The translations under genes were made by a program, and so were the position numbers. DNA of 64,000 bases from the NCBI GenBank assembly GCA_965247115.1, contig CBDFGR010000003.1, positions 1,888,001 to 1,952,000 on the forward strand, written 5' to 3'. Source of the stretch: Myxococcota bacterium. Lineage in GTDB: Bacteria; Myxococcota_A; UBA9160; SZUA-336. Each line of letters starts with the position of its first letter. Within the stretch, counting starts at the first letter, position 1. The notes beneath the pieces were generated by a model. The model did not search any database, was not told the DNA's origin, and worked only from the letters and a program-made list of their open reading frames with translations. This document shows, piece after piece, positions 44,365 to 54,016 of this stretch.

Positions 44365-44910
44365 ATGTCTGCCGACGGAAAAACCATCAAGAGACGCGTG
44401 CTCTGGGAGGGCAGCGTCGGAAGCTTCGCCATCGAAAAGGCCGAGCTCCCTGGCGGACAAAATGTGGAGCTGGCGGTGCTGCAGCATCCCGGAGCCGCAG
44501 CCGTGGTTCCCTGCTTCGACGAGGACCGGATCCTGTTGCTGTGGCAGTACAGGCACGCGGTCGGAAAACATCTCTTCGAGGTGCCCGCCGGGAAGCTCGA
44601 TCGCGACGAGGACCCCGAGCACTGCGCGTTGCGCGAGCTCGAGGAGGAGACGGGCTACCGAGCCAGGCACATCGAGCGCACGGGCGAGATCGTCACGACG
44701 CCCGGCTTTTCCGACGAGCGCATTCATCTGTTTCTGGCGTGGGGGCTCGAGGCCGGCGTCCTCGCCCGCCAGCCGGGCGAGCGGATCGAGCTGCGCGAGC
44801 TCCGGCTCTCCGAGGCGCTGGACATGGTGCGCGCCGGTACGATCGTCGACGCCAAGAGCATCGTCGCGCTCCAGCTCGCGGCGCCGCGGGTTGCCGATGG
44901 CCTCTGCTAG
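44365..44910 (+). CDS. NUDIX hydrolase (ADP-ribose pyrophosphatase-like)
   Basis: HPGAAAV, QYRH, EVPAGKLD..ALRELEEETGY, TPGFSDE, DAKS. Confidence 0.93.
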   Translation: MSADGKTIKRRVLWEGSVGSFAIEKAELPGGQNVELAVLQHPGAAAVVPCFDEDRILLLWQYRHAVGKHLFEVPAGKLDRDEDPEHCALRELEEETGYRARHIERTGEIVTTPGFSDERIHLFLAWGLEAGVLARQPGERIELRELRLSEALDMVRAGTIVDAKSIVALQLAAPRVADGLC

Positions 44911-45817
44911 GGCGGCTCCCCGTCTTGGTGTCTCGTTCACCGGTTGTCGGCTACGCCTGCCTCAGATCCGCAGACTGGCGCGCCTCGCGGACGAGCTCGG
45001 CTACCCGACCATCCTGGTCGACGGCGATGCCTCACTCTTGCCCGCCCGCCCGGAGTCGCCCATCTACGACTCGAGCGTGCTGCTGGCCGACACGCTCGCC
45101 GCCACTCGACGCGCTCGGGTGGGCTCGATCCGCTTGCCGGCATTCTGGAATGCGGTGCTGCTGGCCCGAAGCCTGGCAACGCTCCAGGAGGCGAGCTCCG
45201 GGCGTGCGCTGGCCCTGCTCGGTGTGGGCTCGGGACGACACGAGGAGAGTCTCGGCCTGCCCTCCTACTCCGCAGCGGCACGCGTAGACCACTTGGAGGA
45301 GCTGGTCGACGCCCTGCGCGCCCTGCTCGCCGGGGAACGGATCTCGCGGAGCGGTCGCTACGTACGCTGCCGCGACGTGGCCGTTACACCACCGAGCACG
45401 CCGCCACCGCTCATCGTCTCGGCCGCAAGCCCCGGCGCGCTCCGGGTCGTGGAGCGCCACGCGGACGTCTGGGACGCGAACGTGCCTCCCGTGGCGGAGC
45501 GTCTGCTTCCTCTGCGAGAGAAGATCTCGCGTCCGATCGAGACCTGGAGCTGGATCTTCGCCCGCCCTGGCGCGGAGCTGGAGCCGGCGATTCGAGAGTA
45601 CCGTCGCTACTCGCCGTGGTTCGGAGACCTGCCAGAGCATGTGCTGTCTGGCGCGCTGCTCTGGGGCGAGCCGCAACGCTGCACAGATCGACTTGCACAG
45701 CTCGGGCATACGCTGGGCATCGATGTCGCGATCCTGGATCTGGCAGGCCTCGACGAGCCGGACGCACGGCGAGCGCTCGAAGCGCTGGCGCCAGCAGACA
45801 CCGAGCGGATTCCCTAG
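44897..45817 (+). CDS. LLM-class flavin-dependent oxidoreductase
   Basis: LARLADELGY, LARSLATLQEASSGRALALLGVG, HADVW. Confidence 0.8.
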   Translation: MASARAAPRLGVSFTGCRLRLPQIRRLARLADELGYPTILVDGDASLLPARPESPIYDSSVLLADTLAATRRARVGSIRLPAFWNAVLLARSLATLQEASSGRALALLGVGSGRHEESLGLPSYSAAARVDHLEELVDALRALLAGERISRSGRYVRCRDVAVTPPSTPPPLIVSAASPGALRVVERHADVWDANVPPVAERLLPLREKISRPIETWSWIFARPGAELEPAIREYRRYSPWFGDLPEHVLSGALLWGEPQRCTDRLAQLGHTLGIDVAILDLAGLDEPDARRALEALAPADTERIP

Positions 45818-45828
45818 GCTCTAGCAGC

Positions 45829-46599
45829 ATGCCGGACCGCTACCGAAACCAGCGCTACCGGCCTCCATCGGGCGGCCTCGGCTTCGGTGGCGGCGGCCTG
45901 ACCCCGATGGTCCAGCGTCTGCTGATCGCGAACGGTGTGGTCTTCCTGGTGCAGATCTTCACGGATCCGACCACGAAGCTCGCCAGCACGCTCGGTGTCA
46001 GCGTTTACGGCGTGTTCCAGGCTGGGCAGATCTGGCAGCCGTTCACGTACATGTGGGCGCATTGGAGCTTCCTCCACATCTTGTTCAACATGTTCGCCCT
46101 GTGGATATTCGGGCCACAGCTGGAGCTGACGTGGGGCTCCAGACGCTTCCTGCGCTTCTATCTCCTGTGTGGCGTGGGTGCCGGACTTATCATTCTGGGC
46201 TGGAACGTGCTCCTCGGCGGTGCGGCGTCCGTCACGCTCGGAGCCTCGGGAGCGGTGTTCGGACTGCTGACCGCGTTCAGCTTGATGTGGCCCGACCAGA
46301 CCATCTCGCTGATCTTCCCGCCCGTCTCCTTCAAGGCGATCTGGTTCATTCCCATCCTGTTCGTGATGCAGCTCATGATGTCCGACGGGAACATCAGCCA
46401 CATCGGTCACCTCGGTGGCGTACTCGTGGCCGGGTTCATCCTGCGAGAGGAGCTGCGCCGCGTCGTGGGATTCAGCAGCCTGCGTTATCGCTGGCACCGC
46501 TGGCGAACGCGCGGTCGGCTTCGAGCGGTTCGCCGCGAGGAGTTCGAGCGCCGACGCTCGCAAACCGACGACGACGACGATCAGCCCACGCTCCATTGA
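45829..46599 (+). CDS. Rhomboid intramembrane serine protease
   Basis: WQPFTYMWAH..HILFNM, GASGA, SHIGHLGG. Confidence 0.95.
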   Translation: MPDRYRNQRYRPPSGGLGFGGGGLTPMVQRLLIANGVVFLVQIFTDPTTKLASTLGVSVYGVFQAGQIWQPFTYMWAHWSFLHILFNMFALWIFGPQLELTWGSRRFLRFYLLCGVGAGLIILGWNVLLGGAASVTLGASGAVFGLLTAFSLMWPDQTISLIFPPVSFKAIWFIPILFVMQLMMSDGNISHIGHLGGVLVAGFILREELRRVVGFSSLRYRWHRWRTRGRLRAVRREEFERRRSQTDDDDDQPTLH

Positions 46600-46639
46600 T
46601 CCAACGGGAACGGAACGCGCGCCAAGTGCGCCAATGAGG

Positions 46640-46676
46640 GAAAGGGCCCTGGAATCCGAATTCCAGGACCCCTTTC
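46640..46676. terminator. Probable bidirectional intrinsic terminator hairpin
   Basis: GAAAGGGCCCTGGAAT-CCGA-ATTCCAGGACCCCTTTC between convergent units. Only short U-tracts. Confidence 0.7.
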
Positions 46677-46800
46677 AGAGTTCCTCTCCGACCCACGGAC
46701 CAGCGACCAGCCTACGACTCCTACAGGCTTTGAACGTCTCCAGGCTTTGCTCGCAATGGGTGGGGTTAATCGCTCGTCCGTTCCTCACTCCCCACTAGCC
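46640..46800 (-). ncRNA. Candidate small RNA (~160 nt, GGA-rich)
   Basis: Upstream TTGACA-N18-TAGACT, downstream hairpin, no credible ORF, internal stems, 9 GGA motifs. Confidence 0.5.
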
Positions 46801-46805
46801 GATTC

Positions 46806-46835
46806 AGTCTAGTTTGCCCGCTTGCGGACTGTCAA
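46806..46835 (-). promoter_or_regulatory. Sigma-70-type promoter inside the 3' end of the rlmD-like gene
   Basis: TTGACA (46835-46830), 18-nt spacer, TAGACT (46811-46806). Same -10 as the rplU promoter. Confidence 0.65.
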
Positions 46836-47930
46836 CTTGTTAAGCACGGAAACGACTTCCACGTGATGCGTCTGTGGCAGCGAATCCATCACGATGAGTC
46901 TCGTCAGTCGCAGCTCGCTCGCGCACCTGGCGAGATCCCGAGCCAGGGTGGCAGGATCGCACGAAACGTAGACGACGCGCTCGGCACTGCTCTGGCACAC
47001 GGCGTCTAACACAGATCTGTGACATCCCTCGCGCGGCGGATTCAACAGAACCAGCTCGGGAGCTAGCCGCGCGAGCTCGCGCGGAGTCCAGTCTTCGGCC
47101 GCTGCCCGTATTACACTCACCTGTGTATTCTGCTGCGCCTGGCGCGCGGCGACGCCGCGCTCGATGGCGATCACACGCGCGAAGCGCTCGGCGAGACCCA
47201 CAGTGTAAAAGCCAACGCCCGCGTAGAGCTCGACCGCCAGCTCGCCCGTCCCGCAGGCCTCCACCACGACCTCGTACCAGCGCTCCCAGAGCGCGCCGTT
47301 GGCCTGGAAAAAATCCCTGGGCGAGATCTGATAGGTACGGGGCCCGACCCGTACCGTCTCGCCGTAGCTACGGATTTCCAGCTCGCCGCGTCCCTTTGGA
47401 GGGTTCTCGCGCAGCTCCGTCAGCGCCTCCTGAGCCCCCGCGTCCAGAACCGCGCAGCGCTCGACGTCTACCAGCTCGCGCGAGCCGCGGGCGCGGAAGC
47501 CCACCTGCCCAGGCCCGTAGGCCACGCGCGCACGCGCCCGATACGCAAACACCTGGGGTGAGGGAACGAGTTCGACCGGCGGCAGCGCGTCGAGCCCGCC
47601 GATCCGGCGCAACGCCTCGCACACGATCGCCACGCGGGCGCGGCTCTGCTCGGCAGCATCGATGTGCATCCAGTCGCAGCCCCCGCAACGGCTGTAGTAC
47701 GGGCACGGTGCCTCTCTGCGCTCAGGACCCGGCTCGACGATCTCGACGATCTCCGCTCGCAGCCAGCGCCGTCGGGCGCGCGTCACGCGAACACGCAGCG
47801 TGTCGCCGGGCGCGCTGAGCGGCACGAAGACGACGAGTCCAGCGTGGCGACCCACGCCCATCCCACCCGCGGCGAGGGAATCGATCCGCAGCTCGAGCTC
47901 GTCGCCGGGCTCCGGCGGAGTCACTGGCAT
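46809..47930 (-). CDS. rlmD: TRAM-domain RNA m5U methyltransferase (RlmD/TrmA family)
   Basis: CPYYSRCGGCDW, FFQAN, ELYAGVG, NPPREG, YVSCDPATLARD, PQTHHVE. Confidence 0.9.
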   Translation of the reverse strand: MPVTPPEPGDELELRIDSLAAGGMGVGRHAGLVVFVPLSAPGDTLRVRVTRARRRWLRAEIVEIVEPGPERREAPCPYYSRCGGCDWMHIDAAEQSRARVAIVCEALRRIGGLDALPPVELVPSPQVFAYRARARVAYGPGQVGFRARGSRELVDVERCAVLDAGAQEALTELRENPPKGRGELEIRSYGETVRVGPRTYQISPRDFFQANGALWERWYEVVVEACGTGELAVELYAGVGFYTVGLAERFARVIAIERGVAARQAQQNTQVSVIRAAAEDWTPRELARLAPELVLLNPPREGCHRSVLDAVCQSSAERVVYVSCDPATLARDLARCASELRLTRLIVMDSLPQTHHVEVVSVLNKLTVRKRAN

Positions 47931-47931
47931 C

Positions 47932-48591
47932 TCAGCGGCCGAGCAGGCTGATCTTCGTCTCGCTCCCGATCCGGAGCTCGACCGCGTCCGGATCGATCCG
48001 AGACACGAGCAGGCCCGCGACGATGTCGCCCTCGCGTGCGAGGAGCTCCGGGTGATCGGCCACGCGCAAATGCGCCTCGCGACGCGCGGCGTCCGGGTGC
48101 CAGCGGATCTGTACCACCCTCACCTCGGGAAACTCGATGGGCTCGATGGCCTCGGCGACGGCGGACTCCTCCGGCGCAGCGGGCGCGGTCGCGCCTGGCT
48201 CGCCGGTTCCCGTTTCGGCTGGTGAATCCACCGTGCTCGGCCGACCCGCCGCGACGTCCGGAGCTTCGGCCAGCTCGATGTCGTCCAGACCGAGCGGCGC
48301 GCGATTCGGCGACTCCGAGAGCTCGAGCGCATCACTCGCCAGGGCCAGCGACGGACTCGCCCCTGGAGACCGGCTCTCCGCATCGAGCCACCCGTCCGGG
48401 AGAGGCCGAAGCCAGTAGCCCACGCCGCTCACCACGAGCAGCGCGGCCAGCGCCGCTCCGAGCCACGGCAACACACTCCGGCGTCGCGGCGCCGAAAGCG
48501 AGAGCAGATCGGTCACCGACTGCTCCAGCGGGGCCAGCTTCGCTTCCCGCTCGCGCTGCAGCTTGCGCAGGGCATCCAGCACGGTGCTCAC
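47932..48591 (-). CDS. GspB/ExeB-like protein
   Basis: MSTVLDALRKLQRER start, single TM, low-complexity linker, C-terminal REGD..VSRIDPDAV. Downstream of the exeA-like gene. Confidence 0.75.
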   Translation of the reverse strand: MSTVLDALRKLQREREAKLAPLEQSVTDLLSLSAPRRRSVLPWLGAALAALLVVSGVGYWLRPLPDGWLDAESRSPGASPSLALASDALELSESPNRAPLGLDDIELAEAPDVAAGRPSTVDSPAETGTGEPGATAPAAPEESAVAEAIEPIEFPEVRVVQIRWHPDAARREAHLRVADHPELLAREGDIVAGLLVSRIDPDAVELRIGSETKISLLGR

Positions 48592-50210
48592 GAGCTCCCT
48601 CCGTCGTCCAGCAATCGCGGCGCGGAGTAGTGAAGCTCCTGATACAGGGCGATCATCGTCTCGGGACCAATCTCTCCGCTGGCCTCCAGGCCATGTGCGC
48701 TCTGGAAACGGCGAACCGCCGCGACCGTAAGCGCATCGTACTCCGCGGAGGGATCCCCCTCCTGCAAGTACCCCAGCTCAGAGAGGCGGACCTGTACCCA
48801 GCGCACCGCGCTGCCCGCCATTCCCGGTGCCAGGGCCGGCAGCGACTCGAAGTTGCGCCAGAGCAGGAACCCCCGGCCGTTCCAGCGCAGGTCGAGCTCC
48901 CCCGTCGAGAGCAGGTGAGGGCGCCCGTCGAGCAAGACGCTCGCCGAGTCCCCGTCGAGCCCGAGCAGCGCCAGGTAGCGTAGCTCGCCGGGATCCAGCT
49001 CCAGCTCCAGAATCGCGGGCACGTTCAACCCCGCGAGCTCTTCGCGCGTGAACTGGGAGGCGAAGACGCGCAGCGACGAGAGCTCGCGCACGACCGAGGG
49101 CAGCAAGTTTGGGTCGAGCTCGGGCTGGACAGGATCGCTATAGCCCCAGCGCCCGAGGACGACCTGCAGCGCGGCGGCGGCGCTCGTCTTCGCGCTCTGC
49201 TCCGCGAGGGTGACCCGAAACTCTTCTGCGTCCAGCGGCCTGGCCGGCGCTGCGCTCACGGGCCGAAGGGCAACACCCCGAAACAGGGCCCAGCGTTCGC
49301 CACCCACGAGCAGCAGCGCGGCGACCACGCCGCCCAGCGCGCCGGCCAGGAGTCCTGCCGTGATCGATCGCCCCGGCCGCCACGAGCGTAGCCAGCCCAC
49401 CCGCTGCGATGCGGGCAGCTCCCTGGCGGCGCGGTAGACCACGGCCGCGTCGACGCTGCGCTCGCCACGGGAGTAGGCCGCGAGCAGCGCGCGGTCCGCG
49501 ACCGCGTTCAGAATCCGCGGTACCCCGCGCGAGACCCGGTACATCGCACGGGCGGCAGACGCCGTGAACGGGTTCGGGGAGCGCAGGCCTGCGACACCGA
49601 GCCGATGCTCCAGGTACTCCAGCACCTCATCGCGCTGGAAGGGGCGCAGCTGCCAGCGCACCGAGATGCGCTGGCGCAGCTGGCGCAAGTCCCCACGCCG
49701 GAGATTCTCGTCGAGCTCCGGCTGACCGATCAGGACGATCTGGATCAGCTTCCCGTTCTCGGTCTCCAGGTTCGAGAGCAGCCGAATCTGCTCGAGCACC
49801 GCGGGGCCGAGGTTCTGCGCCTCGTCGATCACGAGCAGGACCTGACGCCCCGCGGAGTACTTCTCCAGCAGGAAGAAGTTGAGCTCGTCGATCAGCTCCC
49901 CTCGCGTGGCGCCCCGCGCACGCAGTCCGAACTCGCGGTTGATCGAGGAGAGCAGCTCGATCTCTGTCTGGCTCGGGTTGAAGATGTAGGCGAGCTCCAG
50001 ATCGCTGCCGAGTCGCGCGAGCAGCGTGCGGCACAGCGTGGTCTTGCCGGTTCCGACCTGACCGATCACCTCGATGAAGCCCTCGCCCTGCTCGATCCCG
50101 TAGACCAGATGGGCGAAGGCCTCGCGGTGGGAGCGCCCCATGAACATGTACTTCGGGTCGGGCGCGAGGGCGAATGGCCGCTCGTCGAGCCCGAAAAATT
50201 CCGTGTACAC
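48588..50210 (-). CDS. ExeA/GspA-like AAA ATPase with peptidoglycan-binding domain
   Basis: YTEFFGLDERPF..PDP, GQVGTGKTT, IDEAQNL, IGQPEL, AVRRFQSAHGL..G.IGPET. Confidence 0.92.
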   Translation of the reverse strand: MYTEFFGLDERPFALAPDPKYMFMGRSHREAFAHLVYGIEQGEGFIEVIGQVGTGKTTLCRTLLARLGSDLELAYIFNPSQTEIELLSSINREFGLRARGATRGELIDELNFFLLEKYSAGRQVLLVIDEAQNLGPAVLEQIRLLSNLETENGKLIQIVLIGQPELDENLRRGDLRQLRQRISVRWQLRPFQRDEVLEYLEHRLGVAGLRSPNPFTASAARAMYRVSRGVPRILNAVADRALLAAYSRGERSVDAAVVYRAARELPASQRVGWLRSWRPGRSITAGLLAGALGGVVAALLLVGGERWALFRGVALRPVSAAPARPLDAEEFRVTLAEQSAKTSAAAALQVVLGRWGYSDPVQPELDPNLLPSVVRELSSLRVFASQFTREELAGLNVPAILELELDPGELRYLALLGLDGDSASVLLDGRPHLLSTGELDLRWNGRGFLLWRNFESLPALAPGMAGSAVRWVQVRLSELGYLQEGDPSAEYDALTVAAVRRFQSAHGLEASGEIGPETMIALYQELHYSAPRLLDDGGSS

Positions 50211-50274
50211 CGTCAGTCCCTCCACGTGCAGCGCGTGGCCGAACGGAGCGGGAGGGTGGTACTCTCCGGCGCCT

Positions 50275-51102
50275 ATGTCCAATCCTTTTTCCCGCGCGGA
50301 GGGAACTCTGGGGGTCGATCTGGGCGCGACTCTCTGCAAGCTGGCGCTCCCCACGGAGAAAGGCGCACGGACAGCGCAGCTGCCGAGCAGCAATCTCGAG
50401 GGCATCCTCGCCCGTATCCGGGAGTGGGAGCCCCAGCGCATTGCGGCCACGGGCGGAGGCAGCTCGAGGCTGGAGGCGACCCTCGGCGAGCTCTCCGTTA
50501 CGAGCGTGCCGGAGTTCGAAGCCTGGGCGTCTGGCGCCCCGATCCTCGCGGAGCGCGGAGGCGAGAAGCTACCCGACCGCTACCTGCTGGTCAGTCTGGG
50601 GACGGGGACATCCGTGCTCTCCGTCGACTCGAACGGGGTGAAGCGGGTCGGCGGCAGCGCCCTGGGCGGAGGAACCTTGCTCGGACTCGCCAGGCTGCTG
50701 CTCGACGTGGACAGCTTCGCCGAGCTGGCCGCCTTGGCCGATCGTGGCGACCGGCGGGGCGTTGATCTCCTGGTCGGCGACATCTACAGCGGCCCCGGCG
50801 AATCGCCACTGCCGCGCGACCTGAACGCCGCGCACTTTGCCAAGCTCGACTCGCGGCGCCCCGAAGACATCGCGCACGCCCTGATGGGGCTGATCGGCGA
50901 GAACATCGGCTTGATCTGTGGCGAGCTCACGCGATCGCACTCGGCGGAGCTGGTCGTCTACTGCGGCTCCACCTTCGCTGCGAATCCTGCGCTCGAAGCA
51001 ATCCTCGGCCAGGTCTCCAGCTACTACGGCTGCCGGACACGCTTCCTCGAGGACGGAGCCTTCTGCGGCGCGGTCGGGGCGGCGGCACTCGCGGGGTCGT
51101 GA
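50275..51102 (+). CDS. coaW: Type II pantothenate kinase (Fumble/CoaW-like)
   Basis: GVDLGATLCK, VSLGTGTS, RVGGSALGGGTLLGL, GDRRGVDLLVGDIY, FCGAVGA. Confidence 0.88.
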   Translation: MSNPFSRAEGTLGVDLGATLCKLALPTEKGARTAQLPSSNLEGILARIREWEPQRIAATGGGSSRLEATLGELSVTSVPEFEAWASGAPILAERGGEKLPDRYLLVSLGTGTSVLSVDSNGVKRVGGSALGGGTLLGLARLLLDVDSFAELAALADRGDRRGVDLLVGDIYSGPGESPLPRDLNAAHFAKLDSRRPEDIAHALMGLIGENIGLICGELTRSHSAELVVYCGSTFAANPALEAILGQVSSYYGCRTRFLEDGAFCGAVGAAALAGS

Positions 51103-52211
51103 ACCAGGTTCCAGAGGTCGCGGTCATCGGGGCCGGCGTGGTGGGATTGGCGTGCGGTGCTGCGCTCGCGCGCCACGGACATCGCGTCGTTCTGCTCGAA
51201 CGACACGGCTCACCGGGCCAGGAGACCTCCACCAGAAACAGCCAGGTCATCCACGCCGGGCTCTACTATCCAACGAATTCGCTCAAGGCGCTCTGCTGCG
51301 TGGAGGGCCGCGAGCGGCTCTACCGACGCTGCGAGGAGTACAACATCCCGCACCGCCGCACGGGCAAGCTCGTCGTTGCCACGGAGGTGCAGGAGCAGGA
51401 GGCACTCGAAAGGATCGCGGAGCTCGGCTCGGCGAACGGTGCGGGCGCGCTCGAGCTCCTGGCCGGGGACGAGATCCACCGTCGCGAGCCGCGCGTCCGC
51501 GCTTGTGCGGGCCTCTGGTCGCCGGAGTCCGGCATCGTGGACGCGCACCAGCTGCTCGCGAGCTACCAGGCGGAGCTCGAATCCCACGGCTCGGAAGTCG
51601 TGTTCCAGACCCGCGTGGAGGGACTTACACGGGCTGGTGATCTCTGGCGGGTCGACACCCGCTTTGACGGTGAAGAGCCGTTCGAGCTGCACGTTCCCTG
51701 GGTCGTGAATGCGGCCGGCCTGGATGCTGATCGCATCGCGACGCTGGCGGGACTCGACGCGGTGGAGCTCGGATACCGAGTCTGGCGGTGCAAGGGCGAC
51801 TACTTCAGTGTTGCTCCTGCGCTGGGTGCGCTCACCCGACACCTCGTCTATCCCGTTCCGGGACAGGCCGGACTGGGAATTCATGTCACACTCGACCTCG
51901 GGGGACGCTTCCTGCTCGGGCCGGACGTCGAATACGTCGATCGCATCTCCTACGACGTCGATCCCGGCAAGGCCGAACATTTTGCGAGCGCGGTGCGACG
52001 CTACCTCCCCGAGCTCAGAGCGGAGCACCTGTCTCCCGAGATGGCGGGCATCCGACCCAAGCTGCAGGCGCCGGGCGAGCCGTTCCGAGACTTCGTCATC
52101 GCCGAGGAATCGGCACACGGTTGCCCGGGACTGGTGAACCTGCTCGGTATCGAGTCGCCGGGACTCACCGCGGCCGATGCGATCGCGGAGCGTGTCGTAG
52201 CGCTGTTATGA
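51099..52211 (+). CDS. FAD-dependent oxidoreductase, L-2-hydroxyglutarate dehydrogenase-like
   Basis: GAGVVG, TSTRNSQVIHAGLYY, LGIHVTLD, GIRPK, GIESPGLTA. Confidence 0.9.
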   Translation: MNQVPEVAVIGAGVVGLACGAALARHGHRVVLLERHGSPGQETSTRNSQVIHAGLYYPTNSLKALCCVEGRERLYRRCEEYNIPHRRTGKLVVATEVQEQEALERIAELGSANGAGALELLAGDEIHRREPRVRACAGLWSPESGIVDAHQLLASYQAELESHGSEVVFQTRVEGLTRAGDLWRVDTRFDGEEPFELHVPWVVNAAGLDADRIATLAGLDAVELGYRVWRCKGDYFSVAPALGALTRHLVYPVPGQAGLGIHVTLDLGGRFLLGPDVEYVDRISYDVDPGKAEHFASAVRRYLPELRAEHLSPEMAGIRPKLQAPGEPFRDFVIAEESAHGCPGLVNLLGIESPGLTAADAIAERVVALL

Positions 52212-52236
52212 TCACAAGCCACCAGAGGAGACCGGA

Positions 52237-53346
52237 ATGAGCCTGCGAACGACGCTTTGCGACGTGGTGGGAATCGAGGTGCCGATCGTGCTGGCGGGAA
52301 TGGGCGGAGCGTCCAGCCCCCGACTCGCGGCGGCCGTCTCGAACGCCGGCGGTCTCGGCATCCTCGGCGCGGCCGGCTGCGGACCCGACCAGCTCCGCAA
52401 GTGGATCGCGGAGACTCGGAGCCTGACGGACAAGCCATTCGGCGTCGACACGCTGCTGCCCGCCTCCGTGCGCCGCCAGCCCAAGGAACAGCCCAAGGGA
52501 CCCTCGCCGCTCGACGAGCTGCCAGAGCACCAGAAGTTCGCGCAGGAGTTCATGAAGAGGGAGAAGCTCGAAGCGCCAGCTGCAGGCGCTGATCAAGGGC
52601 AAAGCGGTCGACCCGCGTTCTCGAAGGACTTCTTCGAGTCGCAGATGGAGGTCGTGCTCGAGGAGCAGGTCCCGGTCTACGCGGCTGGGCTCGGTAGCCC
52701 GGGTCCCTACGTAGAGAGGCTGCACAAGAACGGCACGATGGTCATGGCAGTAGTGGGAGCCGTGCGGCATGCGCGCCGGGTCAGGGAAGACGGGATCGAC
52801 GTGATCGTGGCTCAGGGACACGACGCGGGCGGACACAACTCGCCCATCGGGACGATCGCCCTCATCCCCCAGGTCGTGGACGCGGCCGGCGACATCCCCG
52901 TGATTGCCGCCGGCGGGATCGGAGACGGGCGCGGGGTCGCGGCCGCCATGATGCTCGGGGCGGTCGGGGCCTGGATTGGGACGGCCTTCCTGGCCACCGA
53001 GGAGGCCAACCTCCTGCCGCATCAGAAGCAGGCGCTCCTGGACAGCAGCGAGGAGAGCACGAGCATCTCCAAGTCCGTGACAGGGAAGCCAGCGCGACTG
53101 ATCCGCAACAAGTGGACCCAGGCCTACGCGGAGAGCGGCCTAGAGCCGCTGCCAATGCCGTTCCAGTCGATGGTCTCCGGCCCGGTGATGGTGGCAGGCT
53201 CCGCGGCCGGCCGGATCGACATCACGCCGGGCTTCGCCGGCCAGGGGGTCGGGATGATCGAGAAGATCCGCCCGGCAGCCGAGGTCCTGGCGGACATCGT
53301 CGCGGGGGCCGAGCTGGCTCTCTCCCGGGCCAAGGACGTCATCTGA
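52237..53346 (+). CDS. Nitronate monooxygenase family flavoprotein
   Basis: PIVLAGMG, AVSNAGGLG, QGHDAGGH, AAGGIGDGRG, GTAFL. Confidence 0.92.
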   Translation: MSLRTTLCDVVGIEVPIVLAGMGGASSPRLAAAVSNAGGLGILGAAGCGPDQLRKWIAETRSLTDKPFGVDTLLPASVRRQPKEQPKGPSPLDELPEHQKFAQEFMKREKLEAPAAGADQGQSGRPAFSKDFFESQMEVVLEEQVPVYAAGLGSPGPYVERLHKNGTMVMAVVGAVRHARRVREDGIDVIVAQGHDAGGHNSPIGTIALIPQVVDAAGDIPVIAAGGIGDGRGVAAAMMLGAVGAWIGTAFLATEEANLLPHQKQALLDSSEESTSISKSVTGKPARLIRNKWTQAYAESGLEPLPMPFQSMVSGPVMVAGSAAGRIDITPGFAGQGVGMIEKIRPAAEVLADIVAGAELALSRAKDVI

Positions 53347-53353
53347 GCCAGCG

Positions 53354-53381
53354 TTGACGGGCTTGCGGATTGGCGTAGACT
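53354..53381 (+). promoter_or_regulatory. Sigma-70-type promoter of the rplU-rpmA operon
   Basis: TTGACG-N16-TAGACT, 10 nt before the rplU ATG. Confidence 0.7.
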
Positions 53382-53391
53382 CCGCGCCCCC

Positions 53392-53703
53392 ATGTATGCG
53401 GTCGTAAAGACAGGCGGAAAGCAGGTTCGCGTCTCGGAAGGAGACGTCCTCAACGTCGAACGCCTTGCCGGTGAGGCGGGCGAGACGATAGAGCTCGCCG
53501 AGGTGCTCCTCGTGGGGGGCGACCCGATCCGGATCGGCACACCGCTCGTCGATGGGGCCCGCGTTCTGGCCAGGATCGAGGGTGCCGCGAGCGGACCGAA
53601 GCTGCGGATCTTCAAACACAAGCGGCGCAAGCGCTACAGGCAGCGCGGGGGCCACCGTCAGCACTACACTCGAGTCGTGATCGAGTCGATCGAGGTCTCC
53701 TAG
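53392..53703 (+). CDS. rplU: 50S ribosomal protein L21
   Basis: MYAVVKTGGKQ..KRRKRY..GHRQ. Confidence 0.98.
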   Translation: MYAVVKTGGKQVRVSEGDVLNVERLAGEAGETIELAEVLLVGGDPIRIGTPLVDGARVLARIEGAASGPKLRIFKHKRRKRYRQRGGHRQHYTRVVIESIEVS

Positions 53704-53952
53704 ATGTCGCACAAGAAGGGACAGGGCAGCACTCGCAACGGGCGTGACAGCAGCGGTCAGCGGCGCGGTGTCAAGATCTACAGCGGTCAAGCAGTGCTGG
53801 CCGGGAACATCCTGGTCCGCCAGCTCGGCACCAAGATTCATCCCGGTCGCGGCGTCGGGGTGGGGCGGGACCACACTCTCTTCGCCCTCAAGAACGGAAC
53901 CGCGCGCTACTACACCTCCAAGAAGCAGACGCTCGTAGCCATCGACTCCTGA
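53704..53952 (+). CDS. rpmA: 50S ribosomal protein L27
   Basis: [30 protein letters not shown]. Confidence 0.98.
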   Translation: MSHKKGQGSTRNGRDSSGQRRGVKIYSGQAVLAGNILVRQLGTKIHPGRGVGVGRDHTLFALKNGTARYYTSKKQTLVAIDS

Positions 53953-54016
53953 CCGCGCCCGCTCGAGACGCCCGCAGACTGGGGTCGCTGCGCCCTACCA
54001 GGTGACCTGCGCGACT

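Noticed and set aside
46816..46829. Short resemblance (GTCCGCAAGCGGGC) to the 5' part of enterobacterial 6S RNA
   Set aside because: It lies in the promoter spacer within a CDS and the spacing to other 6S-like words does not fit. Left to an Rfam search.
47932..50210. Novel secretion system
   Set aside because: Orphan exeA/exeB-like pairs are common, and there are no secretin or pseudopilin genes nearby.
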